From contig NW_026782030.1 in the NCBI RefSeq assembly GCF_031769215.1, positions 1 through 64,000 on the forward strand: a DNA stretch of 64,000 nucleotides, given 5' to 3'. Positions 1 to 11,700 of this stretch are shown piece after piece. The stretch is from Ylistrum balloti (taxonomy: Eukaryota). How positions within the stretch are numbered: position 1 is the stretch's first letter; each line of letters opens with the position of its first letter. Both the position numbers and the translations under genes were made by a program. The notes beneath the pieces were generated by a model. It saw nothing but the letters and a program-made list of their open reading frames with translations. It was not told where the DNA came from and searched no databases.

Positions 1-1105
1 ACGGTTGCTTAACACACATTGTTATAGTTGATAACTAATTCAATGATTCTATAATCTTATCATTTCTTATCAGACTTGTAAGCTAATCCACTTTGAATTT
101 CAAATATACAAAAATCTCTTTATAATAAAGAGACCAGATGTGTCGGTGCGACATGAAAACCCTCGCTGGTAACCAATGAAAATGTCCTTGTCATATATTA
201 TTTGAATAGTTGTACCCATACCTTTATCAATATGTGTTGGTGATTAGTTGAAGCAAGGCTCAAATCTACAGAATGAGCGTGATATGAAAGGGTTTTTTTT
301 GTTTTGTTTTGTTTTTTGTTTTTTCTTTGGTTTTTTTTCGCGTTGAAGTCCAACCATGTCATGAATAGGCCAGAGGACATTACAAGAGGCCGCAAATCCA
401 TAAGCAGTTTTTGATAATGACTGTGAAATAAGATCGGGAGTTTTGCCTGTTGATAGTAAAGAATATGAAGTAGAACCGGAGTTGTGTCTGTTGAGTTTGT
501 GGTGAAGAATCTTAAGTGAAATTGGAGACATAACTTTAGATTCTATGGCAAGTAATTCTAAATGAATTTTGCCGATTTCAGCTTACAGACACATTGGTAG
601 AGATCGTGATATCAAATTTATAGCCTGCTTGCATGATCTAGGGTTAATGATATGAAAATATATCAAATAAAAGTTATATACAACAGAGAAAACAATACCA
701 TAAGTTACTAATCAAGATCATGATGGACACACAAAATGACAGATATCTAAAACCAGAATAATAAATTGTGAAATATTGTTGCTCGGTTGCCATCTTTCAT
801 AAACTTCCACTCTAGATCGATAAGGCTCTGACGTTTGCTTATTTCCTTATATACCAAAATATACTGTTTCTGGGAAATTTTCTTAAAACGTACCACGATC
901 AATGACCATTATTTTCCACACAAGCTTCTGACTGTAGACGAATGATAGCATCAGCTACATCTTATTTTATTTATTGATATTTTGTTTGTAGATAACTCAC
1001 ATTTCAATATTTGTCTTCGCTAAAATGTAGACAAGCACAAATAAAGAACGACGTGCAATGCCAGCATGAGTTGATCTGCCGTTTGAATGCGGGAAGAAAA
1101 TTGTA

Positions 1106-1177
1106 TTCCCAAGCGGGGAATCGAACCCCGGCCGCCGCGGTGAGAGCGCGGAATCCTAACCACTAGACCACTTGGGA
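1106..1177 (-). tRNA. tRNA-Glu-CTC: tRNA-Glu(CTC), intact
   Basis: Minus strand TCCCAAG TG GTCT AGTGGTTA GGAT T CCGCG CTCTCAC CGCGG CGGC CGGGG TTCGATT CCCCG CTTGGGA A: 72-nt cloverleaf, A and B boxes, TTTT just downstream. Confidence 0.97.
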
Positions 1178-1782
1178 CATGTGTATTGAGACGACTTGAC
1201 TGTTTGTGCTTGACGGTCTCGTAACAATTTGCAGCAGGAGCAATAATAACGGTTCCTCTAACGTTAGACATTGGAACTGTGTACACTGTTACTCTTGTGG
1301 TGGCTAAGGCGGATGGTTCGTCATATATGTATGGGATGTGGAACAATTATACATAACCGGATCAAGTGAATAGCACAGTTCGCGGAGCCTTAACTAGAAA
1401 GTTATTTGAGTTAGACGTTGTCAGTCTGAATCCGAGTAGTGTTGATGTTATCGACCAATCTGTTTTCACAGGTTAGTTCTAGCTCGAAATTCACCTACAC
1501 GGATACAGTGTTTTAAAAGTTCACGAACACATAACTCAGATGTTCTTGGAAAATTGATGGAGATCATCTATGAATAGTATTTTATGTTTTCTTAATCTAG
1601 GGAAGCAAAATATGAATTTAATTGAGAACACCACACCGTCATTGATTAAAATAAGTATAATTAGGTACCAAACTTGCGAATCTTTTACGAAATACATGGA
1701 TAACTTCAACGCGAATTCAATTCCACAATGATAATTTCCTTAACGTGAAAACGTTAAGTACGATTTGACAGCAACTTATCAG

Positions 1783-1808
1783 GTCAGGAGGGCCGAGCGG
1801 TCTAAGGC
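1783..1808 (+). pseudogene. 26-nt 5' stub of tRNA-Leu (T8G)
   Basis: gtcaggagggccgagcggtctaaggc matches Leu nt 1-26 except position 8, then jumps to the start of a duplicated ~565-bp block. Confidence 0.9.
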
Positions 1809-2367
1809 AATGCTAACTGTTCCTCTAACGTTAAACATTGGAACTGTGTACACTGTTACTCTTGTGGTGGCTAAGGCGGATGGTTCGTCATCTGTATATT
1901 GGATATGGAACAATTATACAGAAGCGAATCATGTGAATAGCACAGTTCGCGGAGCCTTAACTAGAAAATTATTTAAGTTAGACGTTGTCAGTCCGAATAG
2001 TGTTGATGTTATCCATCAATCTGTTTATCATACTTAAACTTTTCTCGAAATTCGTCTTCTCAGATACAGTACTTAAAAGTTTACGAACACATAACTTTGC
2101 TTTTCTTGGAAATTTTATGGAGATGGTCTATGAATATTATTTGATATTTTCTTAATTTGATGAAACAATATTTTCTTAATTTGTTGAAACAAAATATGTA
2201 TTTAATTGAGAACAAGGCACCGTCATTGATTGGAATAAGTATAACTAAGCACAAAACTGGCGAGTCTTATACGAAATACATGGATAACTTTAACGTGAAT
2301 TCAATTGCACAACGATATTATCCTGAACGGGCAGAGTTTCAAGTGCGATTTGATCCACATTTGTCAA

Positions 2368-2451
2368 GTCAGGATGGCCGAGCGGTCTAAGGCGCTGCGT
2401 TCAGGTCGCAGTCGGGTCTTCCCGGCGTGGGTTCGAATCCCACTTCTGACA
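2368..2451 (+). tRNA. tRNA-Leu-CAG: tRNA-Leu(CAG), intact
   Basis: 84-nt class II cloverleaf, anticodon loop TTCAGGT, long variable arm, GGTTCGAATCC B box, T6 terminator at 2457-2462. Confidence 0.97.
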
Positions 2452-3615
2452 TACAGTTTTTTCGTCGTTAACATTCACCTCACTTAACATTACTTCGTAC
2501 CGGTAAAAAGGTTTTTTCTAATATATACCTCCACAGGACGGTTGCTTAACATACATTGTTATAGTTGATAACTAATTCAATGATTCTATAATATTTTAAT
2601 TTCTTATTAGACTTGTCAGCAATTTCAAACATTCAAAAATCTCTTTATAATAAAGAAACCAGATGTGTCAGTGTGACATGAAAACCCTCCCTGGTAACCA
2701 ATGAAAATGTCCTTGTCATATATTATTTGAATAGTTGTACCCATACCTTTATCAATATGTGTTGGTGATTAGTTGAAGCAAGGCTCAAATCTACAGAATG
2801 AGCGTGATATGAAAGGGTTTTTTTTGTTTTGTTTTGTTTTTTGTTTTTTCTTTGTTTTTTTTTTCGCGTTGAAGTCCAACCATGTCATGAATAGGCCAGA
2901 GGACATTACAAGAGGCCGCAAATCCCATCAGCAGTTTTTGCAAATGATTGTGAAATAAGATCGGGAGTTTTGCCTGTTGATAGTAAAGAATATGAAGTAG
3001 AACCGGAGTTGTGTCTGTTGAGTTTGTGGTGAAGAATCTTAAATGAAATTGGAGACATAATTTTAGATTCTATGGCAAATAATTCTAAAAGAATTTTGCC
3101 GATTTCAGCTGAAACACACATTGGTAGAGATGGTGATATCAAATTTATACCCTGCTTACATGATCTAGGGTTAATGATATGAAAATATATCAAATAAAAG
3201 TTATATACAACAGAGAAAACAATACCATAAGTTACTAATCAAGATCATGATGGACACACAAAATGACAGATATCTAAAACCAGAATAATAAATTGTCAAA
3301 TATTGTTGCTCGTTTGCCATCTTTCATAAACTTCCACTCTAGATCGATCAGGCTCTGACGTTTGCTTATTTCCTTATATACCAAAATATACTGTTTCCGG
3401 GAGAATTTCTTAAAACATACCAAGATCAATGACAATTACTTTGCACACAAGCTTTTGACTGTAACGAATAATATCATGAGCGAATTCTTTCTTTTTTTCG
3501 CTTGATGGCAACTGACATTTCAATATCTGTCTTCACTAAAAAGTACATTGGAAAAAGCAAACGATGACAGGCAATGCCAGTTTTTAGGCCATTTCAATGC
3601 GGGAAGAAAAATGTA

Positions 3616-3687
3616 TTCCCAAGCGGGGAATCGAACCCCGGCCGCCGCGGTGAGAGCGCGGAATCCTAACCACTAGACCACTTGGGA
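3616..3687 (-). tRNA. tRNA-Glu-CTC: tRNA-Glu(CTC), intact
   Basis: Identical to the 1106-1177 copy; T5 terminator (plus-strand a3607-3611). Confidence 0.97.
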
Positions 3688-4292
3688 CATGTGTATTGAG
3701 ACGACTTGACTGTTTGTGCTTGACGGTCTCGTAACAATTTGCAGCAGGAGCAATAATAACGGTTCCTCTAACGTTAGACATTGGAACTGTGTACACTGTT
3801 ACTCTTGTGTTGGCTAAGGCGGATGGTTCGTCATCTATGTATGGGATGTGGAACAATTATACATAACCGGATCAAGTGAATAGCACAGTTCGCGGAGCCT
3901 TAACTAGAAAGTTATTTGAGTTAGACGTTGTCAGTCTGAATCCGAGTAGTGTTGATGTTATCGACCAATCTGTTTTCACAGGTTAGTTCTAGCTCGAAAT
4001 TCACCTACACAGATACAGTGTTTTAAAAGTTCACGAACACATTACTCAGATTTTCTTGGAAAATTGATGGAGATCATCTATGAATAGTATTTAATGTTTT
4101 CTTCATCTGGGGAAGCAAAATATGGATTTAATTTAAAACACCACACCGTCATTGATTGAAATAAGTATAACTAAGTACTGAACTGGCGAATCTTTCACGA
4201 AATACATGGATAACTTCAACGCGAATTCAATTCCACAATGATATTATCATTAACGTGAAAACCTTTAGTATGATTTGACAGCAACTTATCAA

Positions 4293-4318
4293 GTCAGGAG
4301 GGCCGAGCGGTCTAAGGC
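4293..4318 (+). pseudogene. 26-nt 5' stub of tRNA-Leu
   Basis: Same stub and junction as 1783-1808. Confidence 0.9.
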
Positions 4319-4881
4319 AATGATAACTGTTCCTCTAACGTTAAACATTGGAACTGTGTACACTGTTACTCTTGTGGTGGCTAAGACAGATGATTCGTCA
4401 CCTTTGTATGGGATGTGGAACAATTATACATAACCGAATCAAGTGAATAGCATAGTTAACGGAGCCTTAAATAGAAAATCCTTTGAGTTAGATGTTGCCG
4501 TCTGAATCCGAGTAGTGTTGATGTTATCCATCAATCTGTTTATCATACTTAAACTTTTCTCGAAATTCGTCTTCTCAGATACAGTACTTAAAAGTTCACG
4601 AACACATAACTTTGCTTTTCTTGGAAATTTTTGGAGATGGTCTATGAATATTATTTTATATTTTCTTAATTTGATGAAACAATATTTTCTTAATTTGCTG
4701 AAACAAAATATGTATTTAATTGAGAACAAGCCACCGTCATTGATTGGAATAAGTATAACTAAGCACAAAACTGGCGAGTCTTATACGAAATACATGGATA
4801 ACTTTAACGTGAATTTAATTGCACAACGATATTATCCTTAACGGGCAGAGTTTCAAGTGCGATTTGATCCACATTTGTCAA

Positions 4882-4965
4882 GTCAGGATGGCCGAGCGGT
4901 CTAAGGCGCTGCGTTCAGGTCGCAGTCGGGTCTTCCCGGCGTGGGTTCGAATCCCACTTCTGACA
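4882..4965 (+). tRNA. tRNA-Leu-CAG: tRNA-Leu(CAG), intact
   Basis: Identical to 2368-2451, followed by a T-tract. Confidence 0.97.
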
Positions 4966-5941
4966 TACAGTTTTTTCATCATTCACCTCACTTAACATTA
5001 CATCGTACCGGTAAAAAGGTTTTTTCTAATATATACTTCCACAGGACGGTTGCTTAACACACATTGTTATAGTTGATAACTAATTCAATGATTCTATAAT
5101 CTTATCAGACTTGTAAGCTAATCCACTTTGAATTTCAAATATACAAAAATCTCTTTATAATAAAGAGACCAGATGTGTCGGTGCGACATGAAAACCCTCG
5201 CTGACAACCAATGAAATGCTGGTTATTAGTTGAAAAACAAGGCTCACATCTACAGAATGAGCGTGTTATGAAAGTTTTTTTAAATTTTTTTTTCGCGTCG
5301 AAGTCCAACAATGTCATGAATAGGCCAGAGGACATTACAAGAGGCCGCAAATCCATAAGCAGTTTCTGCAAATGATTGTGAATTAAGATTAGGAGTTTTG
5401 CCTTTTGATAGTAAAGGATATGAAGTAGAACCACTGCAGATGTGTCTGTTGAGTTGGTGATCAAGAATCCTAAGTGGAATTGGAGACATAGCTTTTGATT
5501 CTATGGCAAATAATCGGAAATAAATTTTGTCGATTTCAGCCTGCAGACACATCGGTAGAGATTGTGATATCACAGTTATACCCTGAGGGAGAAAACAACA
5601 CCATAACTTACTAATCAAGATCATGATGGACACACAAGACAAAAATAACTAGAACCTGTCCATAAATTGACAAATAGGGTTGCTCGTTTTTCATCTTTCA
5701 TAAACCTCCACTCTAGATCGATCAGACCTTCTTAAAACATACCAAGATCAATGACAATTACTTCTTTGCACACAAGCTTTTGACTGTAACGAATAATATG
5801 ATGAGCTCATTGTTTCTTTTTTTCCGCTTGGTGACTACTCACATTTCAATATCTGTCTTCACTAAAAAGTACATTGGAAAAAGCAAACGATGACAGGCAA
5901 TGCCAGTTTTTAGGCCATTTCAATGCGGGAAGAAAAATGTA

Positions 5942-6013
5942 TTCCCAAGCGGGGAATCGAACCCCGGCCGCCGCGGTGAGAGCGCGGAATCCTAACCACT
6001 AGACCACTTGGGA
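5942..6013 (-). tRNA. tRNA-Glu-CTC: tRNA-Glu(CTC), intact
   Basis: Identical 72-nt copy with T5 terminator. Confidence 0.97.
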
Positions 6014-6618
6014 CATGTGTATTGAGACGACTTGACTGTTTGTGCTTGACGGTCTCGTAACAATTTGCAGCAGGAGCAATAATAACGGTTCCTCTAACGT
6101 TAGACATTGGAACTGTGTACACTGTTACTCTTGTGTTGGCTAAGGCGGATGGTTCGTCATCTATGTATGGGATGTGGAACAATTATACATAACCGGATCA
6201 AGTGAATAGCACAGTTCGCGGAGCCTTAACTAGAAAGTTATTTGAGTTAGACGTTGTCAGTCTGAATCCGAGTAGTGTTGATGTTATCGACCAATCTGTT
6301 TTCACAGGTTAGTTCTAGCTCGAAATTCACCTACACAGATACAGTGTTTTAAAAGTTCACGAACACATTACTCAGATTTTCTTGGAAAATTGATGGAGAT
6401 CATCTATGAATAGTATTTAATGTTTTCTTCATCTGGGGAAGCAAAATATGGATTTAATTTAAAACACCACACCGTCATTGATTGAAATAAGTATAACTAA
6501 GTACTGAACTGGCGAATCTTTCACGAAATACATGGATAACTTCAACGCGAATTCAATTCCACAATGATATTATCATTAACGTGAAAACCTTAAGTTTGAT
6601 TTGACAGCAACTTATCAA

Positions 6619-6644
6619 GTCAGGAGGGCCGAGCGGTCTAAGGC
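6619..6644 (+). pseudogene. 26-nt 5' stub of tRNA-Leu
   Basis: Same stub as in the other units. Confidence 0.9.
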
Positions 6645-7207
6645 AATGATAACTGTTCCTCTAACGTTAAACATTGGAACTGTGTACACTGTTACTCTTG
6701 TGGTGGCTAAGACAGATGATTCGTCACCTTTGTATGGGATGTGGAACAATTATACATAACCGAATCAAGTGAATAGCATAGTTCACGGAGCCTTAAATAG
6801 AAAATCCTTTGAGTTAGATGTTGCCGTCTGAATCCGAGTAGTGTTGATGTTATCCATCAATCTGTTTATCATACTTAAACTTTTCTCGAAATTCGTCTTC
6901 TCAGATACAGTACTTAAAAGTTCACGAACACATAACTTTGCTTTTCTTGGAAATTTTTGGAGATGGTCTATGAATATTATTTTATATTTTCTTAATTTGA
7001 TGAAACAATATTTTCTTAATTTGCTGAAACAAAATATGTATTTAATTGAGAACAAGCCACCGTCATTGATTGGAATAAGTATAACTAAGCACAAAACTGG
7101 CGAGTCTTATACGAAATACATGGATAACTTTAACGTGAATTTAATTGCACAACGATATTATCCTTAACGGGCAGAGTTTCAAGTGCGATTTGATCCACAT
7201 TTGTCAA

Positions 7208-7291
7208 GTCAGGATGGCCGAGCGGTCTAAGGCGCTGCGTTCAGGTCGCAGTCGGGTCTTCCCGGCGTGGGTTCGAATCCCACTTCTGACA
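7208..7291 (+). tRNA. tRNA-Leu-CAG: tRNA-Leu(CAG), intact
   Basis: Identical 84-nt copy followed by a T-tract. Confidence 0.97.
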
Positions 7292-8449
7292 TACAGTTTT
7301 TTCATCATTCACCTCACTTAACATTACTTCGTACCGGTAAAAAGGTTTTTTCTAATATATACCTCCACAGGACGGTTGCTTAACACACATTGTTATAGTT
7401 GATAACTAATTCAATGATTCTATAATCTTATCATTTCTTATCAGACTTGTAAGCTAATCCACTTTGAATTTCAAATATACAAAAATCTCTTTATAATAAA
7501 GAAATCAGATGTGTCAATATGACATGAAAACCCTCCCTGGTAACCAATGAAACATGTTCTTGTTATATATTATTTGAATAGTTGTACCCATACCTTTATC
7601 AATATGTGTTGGTGATTAGTTGAAGCAAGGCTCACATCTACACTATGAGCGTAATATGAAATCTTTTTGATTTTATTTTGAGTCGAAGTCCAACAACGTC
7701 ATGAATAAGCCAGAGGACAAAAGGCCGCAATCCCATCAGCAGTTTTTGCAAATGATTGTGAAATAAGATCGGGAGTTTTGCCTGTTGATAGTAAAGAATA
7801 TGAAGTAGAACCGGAGTTGTGTCTGTTGAGTTTGTGGTTAAGAATTTTAAGTGAAACTGGAGACATAACTTTAGATTCTATGGCAAATAATTCTAAAAGA
7901 ATTTTGCCGATTTCAGCTTAAACACACATCGGTAGAGATGGTGATATCAAATTTATACCCTGATTGCATGATTTAGGGTTAATAATCTGAAAAGAAATAT
8001 CAAATAAAAATTATATACAACAGAGAAAACAATACCATAAGTTACTAATCAAGATCATGATGGACACACAAAATGACAGATATCTAAAACCAGAATAATA
8101 AATTGTGAAATATTGTTGCTCGGTTGCCATCTTTCATAAACTTCCATTCTAGATCGCTAAGGCTCTCCCGTTTACTTATTTCCTTATCTACAAAAATATA
8201 CTGTTTCCGGGAAAATTTCCTAAAACGTACCAAGATCAATGACCATTATTTTCCACACAAACTTCTGACTGTAGACGAATGATAGCATCAGCTACATCTG
8301 ATTTTTTATTTTATTTATTGATATTTTGTTTGTAGATAACTCACATTTCAATATTTGTCTTCGCTAAAATGTAGACAAGCACAAACAAAGAACGACGTGC
8401 AATGTCAGCATGAGTTGATCGGCCGTTTGAATGCGGGAAGAAAAATGTA

Positions 8450-8501
8450 TTCCCAAGCGGGGAATCGAACCCCGGCCGCCGCGGTGAGAGCGCGGAATCC
8501 T
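8450..8501 (-). pseudogene. tRNA-Glu 3' part (nt 21-72), interrupted by Tx1 element A
   Basis: ttcccaagcg...gagcgcggaatcc(t) runs directly into a T11 tract (the element's poly(A) on the minus strand) instead of aaccactagacc. Confidence 0.95.
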
Positions 8502-8550
8502 TTTTTTTTTTCTTTAAAAATAAATCTTTTAATGTTCCCAGCGAATTGGA

Positions 8551-8574
8551 CCTTCGGGGTTGGGGCCCCGAAGG
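8551..8574 (-). promoter_or_regulatory. 3'UTR stem-loop of element A (9-bp stem, loop CCCCAA in RNA sense)
   Basis: ccttcgggg ttgggg ccccgaagg is a perfect inverted repeat, conserved by covariation with 14455-14478. Confidence 0.8.
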
Positions 8575-8730
8575 CTCCTCACAGTTCATATAAAATACAA
8601 ATATAAACAATTCATACAATACATAAAATCACAGGTTTGCTAAATAATAAAGAATCACATTTTTTAAAAATTGCGTTGATGCAAACATACAATGTTTACT
8701 AATACTGATGAAACAAATAACTTGACATAG

Positions 8731-11700
8731 TCATATAGATAAGACGTAGGAAGCTAAATTTACATTACTTAGAGAAAAGTCGACTTCCTTTAATAATTTA
8801 TTGTCAGCAACAATATATTTCTTGAACAAACTGCATTGTTTTTTCATCTGGTAGTAATGTTTGATATAATCAAAATACTTTCTGAAAGTATACTTAAAAA
8901 AGCCCTTCAGATTTAATTTAGACATCCCATTAACAACCAGATTACGCCTTCTAAGAATGCTAAAGCGTACTGTACCTAAAAGGAAGTTGATGAAAAAAGG
9001 ATTTGTTTGTTTAACCTTGCTAGTGTAACCCAGAAGTATAAGTTTACCAAGATAAACATCTGAAAGATAGGTCTGATCAGCATCGGAGAAAAGCTTCTTA
9101 CTTAATTTGTCAATGTAGGCCAAAAATTCTGCAAGGTCTGAACACTCAACAAACAGATGCTGTAGGGTTTCCTTCTCGGAATTGCACAATAGACAAGTGT
9201 CACTGTCAACTTTCCCTATTTTCTTTAACTTTTCCATTGTAAAAATAGTATTATGCACAATACGAAAATGAACATCAATGATGTCACAAGGTAGAAATTG
9301 CAAATACATAATGGAAAAGACGCGAGGAAGACAAACATTCTGAAAAATTTCTGACCAGTACCCCGAAGATTTAGGACATTTGAAGCAATAACGGATAAAA
9401 CAAGCATAAATATCACGAGTAGTTTTGGGGCGTAGCTGAATAGTAGTCCCATTTCCATCTTTGTAAGTAACACACAGCCCTGGCTCTGTTCTTCTATTTG
9501 TATGTACATTAGTTAAAATCACATCTTTATAATTGACTGGAATAGATTTCATAATAGTATCATAATGAGATAACAAGATATCATTAGAGATATCGAGGTT
9601 AGCTTCTTTAACTACCTTAGCTACTGTGCTTGAGGAGAGGAACTTTGACACAACTTCAAGCGTTAGATGCTTAACCTTTACAATACCCGCCCTAGCAAAA
9701 CACTCAATAAAAACAGGTTTCTCATTGTCCATAATGTTAGAGTTAAAAAACAAAGGCTGTTCATAAATGAAAAAGGTATCCATATTAAAACAAACCTTAT
9801 TTACTGCCTGAAAGGCATACCATGCTTTCAACATTTCGCGGTAAACAATAGGCACTGTTCTTAAATATTTATCAGGAAATTTACAATAAATTACTTCAGC
9901 ATCAAGATTTAAACCAAGTATTTTGTTGAAAAAATAGCTGCACATATTCTTCCAGACAGCAGTACAAGACGTGTCCAACCATCTAAATAAAAATTTTAAT
10001 CTGAAAGATCTCAATTTTAATTCAATGTCAGGTACATTTAAACCACCTTCCTTTCTTTTACCAATAATAGTGTCATAGGCTACTAAATGTGATCTACCAT
10101 GCCATAAAAAATCAATAGATAGTTTCTTGATATTACTAATAACTGACAGAGGAATAGTCTGTGAAGTTAGACAATACCAACACCTGGACATCAATAAGGA
10201 ACTGATTACAGTAGCTCTTCCTTGTATAGTCAATTGCCTCTGCGACCACATTCTAAGAATATTTTTAATAGACACAACTTTACTATCCCAGTTCTTTTCG
10301 TTACACATGTGTATATCTATACCGACAAATACACCCAACACACATATAACCTTATCACATAATTTGATACGTAGTTTTTCAAGTTCATCCATTGTGATAT
10401 TACCTTTACCAATACATAACATTTCGGACTTATCTTTATTTATCTTGGCACCAGAGCCCTTACTGTAGACTTCTAACAGGTTAAAAACATGTTTAAAAGT
10501 TTCCTTATTTCCAAGTGTCAACGTCGTGTCGTCTGCGTGTTGATACACCTTAGACTCAAATTCATTATGAGGAACTTTGATACCAGAAATATCTGGAGAC
10601 TTTAAAAACATATTCCCCAGAGGTTCCGCGGCCAAAACGTAAAGCATCGCCGAAATAGGACACCCTTGTCTCACTGAATTTCCAATAGAGATAAAATTTG
10701 TCAAATTACCATTATATTTGACAGAACTGGAGATTTTAGTGTAAAAAATCTTGATCCAATCAACGAAATTCTCACCAAAACCAAATTTTTTCAAAAGTTT
10801 AAATAAATACGGATGACTAACACGATCAAAAGCCTTTTCTTGATCAATTTTGAGGATGTACCCTTCAAGTTCCTCTTGATTTGTTAAATCAATGATATCA
10901 CGAACGCTAAAAATGGTGTCCGAAATATCCCGCCCTATAACACAGCACGACTGAAATTCTGAAATGATTGAGGGTAAAACAGACTTAAGGCGATCTGACA
11001 TTACCCGAGCAAGGATCTTGTAGTCTACATTAAGGAGACTAATTGGTCTCCAATTTTTCAGAAGAGACTTATCCCCCCTTTTCTTGTATACAAGGTTAAT
11101 AACACATCGTCTCATAGTTCTTGTCAATTCTTTTTCAGCCCAGATACTTTCTACTACCCGAGGAAAAACATATTTTAATTCATCAAAAAAGTTACAATAA
11201 AACTCAACAGTCAGGCCGTCCAAGCCGGGACTCTTACATTTGGACATAGTAGACAAAGCTTTTTGTATCTCATCAACAGTAATAGCAGAGTCACACTTAT
11301 CTCTATCCTCCACAGAGATAGTTTTGTCAATAAAAGATAAAAGATTATCAATATCATCATCATTTGTCTCAATACAATTATATAAATCATTATAAAAATT
11401 GAATATTTCATTAGACATTTCATCACCAGTTGTCAATATTTTCCCATCAACATCACGTAAACATTTTATAGAATTGCAGTTCTGTCTATATTTCTCCAGC
11501 TTTAAAAAATAACTGGTATTTTTATCACCATCAACGGCCCATTTACACTTAGACCTTAACACAGCACCATTACATCTCTCTTTTTCAAACTTTTCCAAAC
11601 TTTGTCGGAGCTCTTCATATTTAGTACAATCAAAAGGTTTACCATTGGCTATATCACAGGAAAATTCCTGTAGCTTATTTTGAATTTTATAATGTTCAGA

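Noticed and set aside
8530-8590. HDV-like ribozyme in the Tx1 3'UTR
   Set aside because: I could not build the nested P1/P2/P3/P1.1 fold on either strand; only a hairpin and a possible 4-bp pseudoknot are supported.
198-8619. Many 60-120 aa ORFs recurring in each array unit (e.g. 1020-1346, 3584-3856, 4515-4841)
   Set aside because: Chance frames through tRNA genes, T-rich microsatellites and spacers; lengths and stops vary between units and there are no domain motifs.
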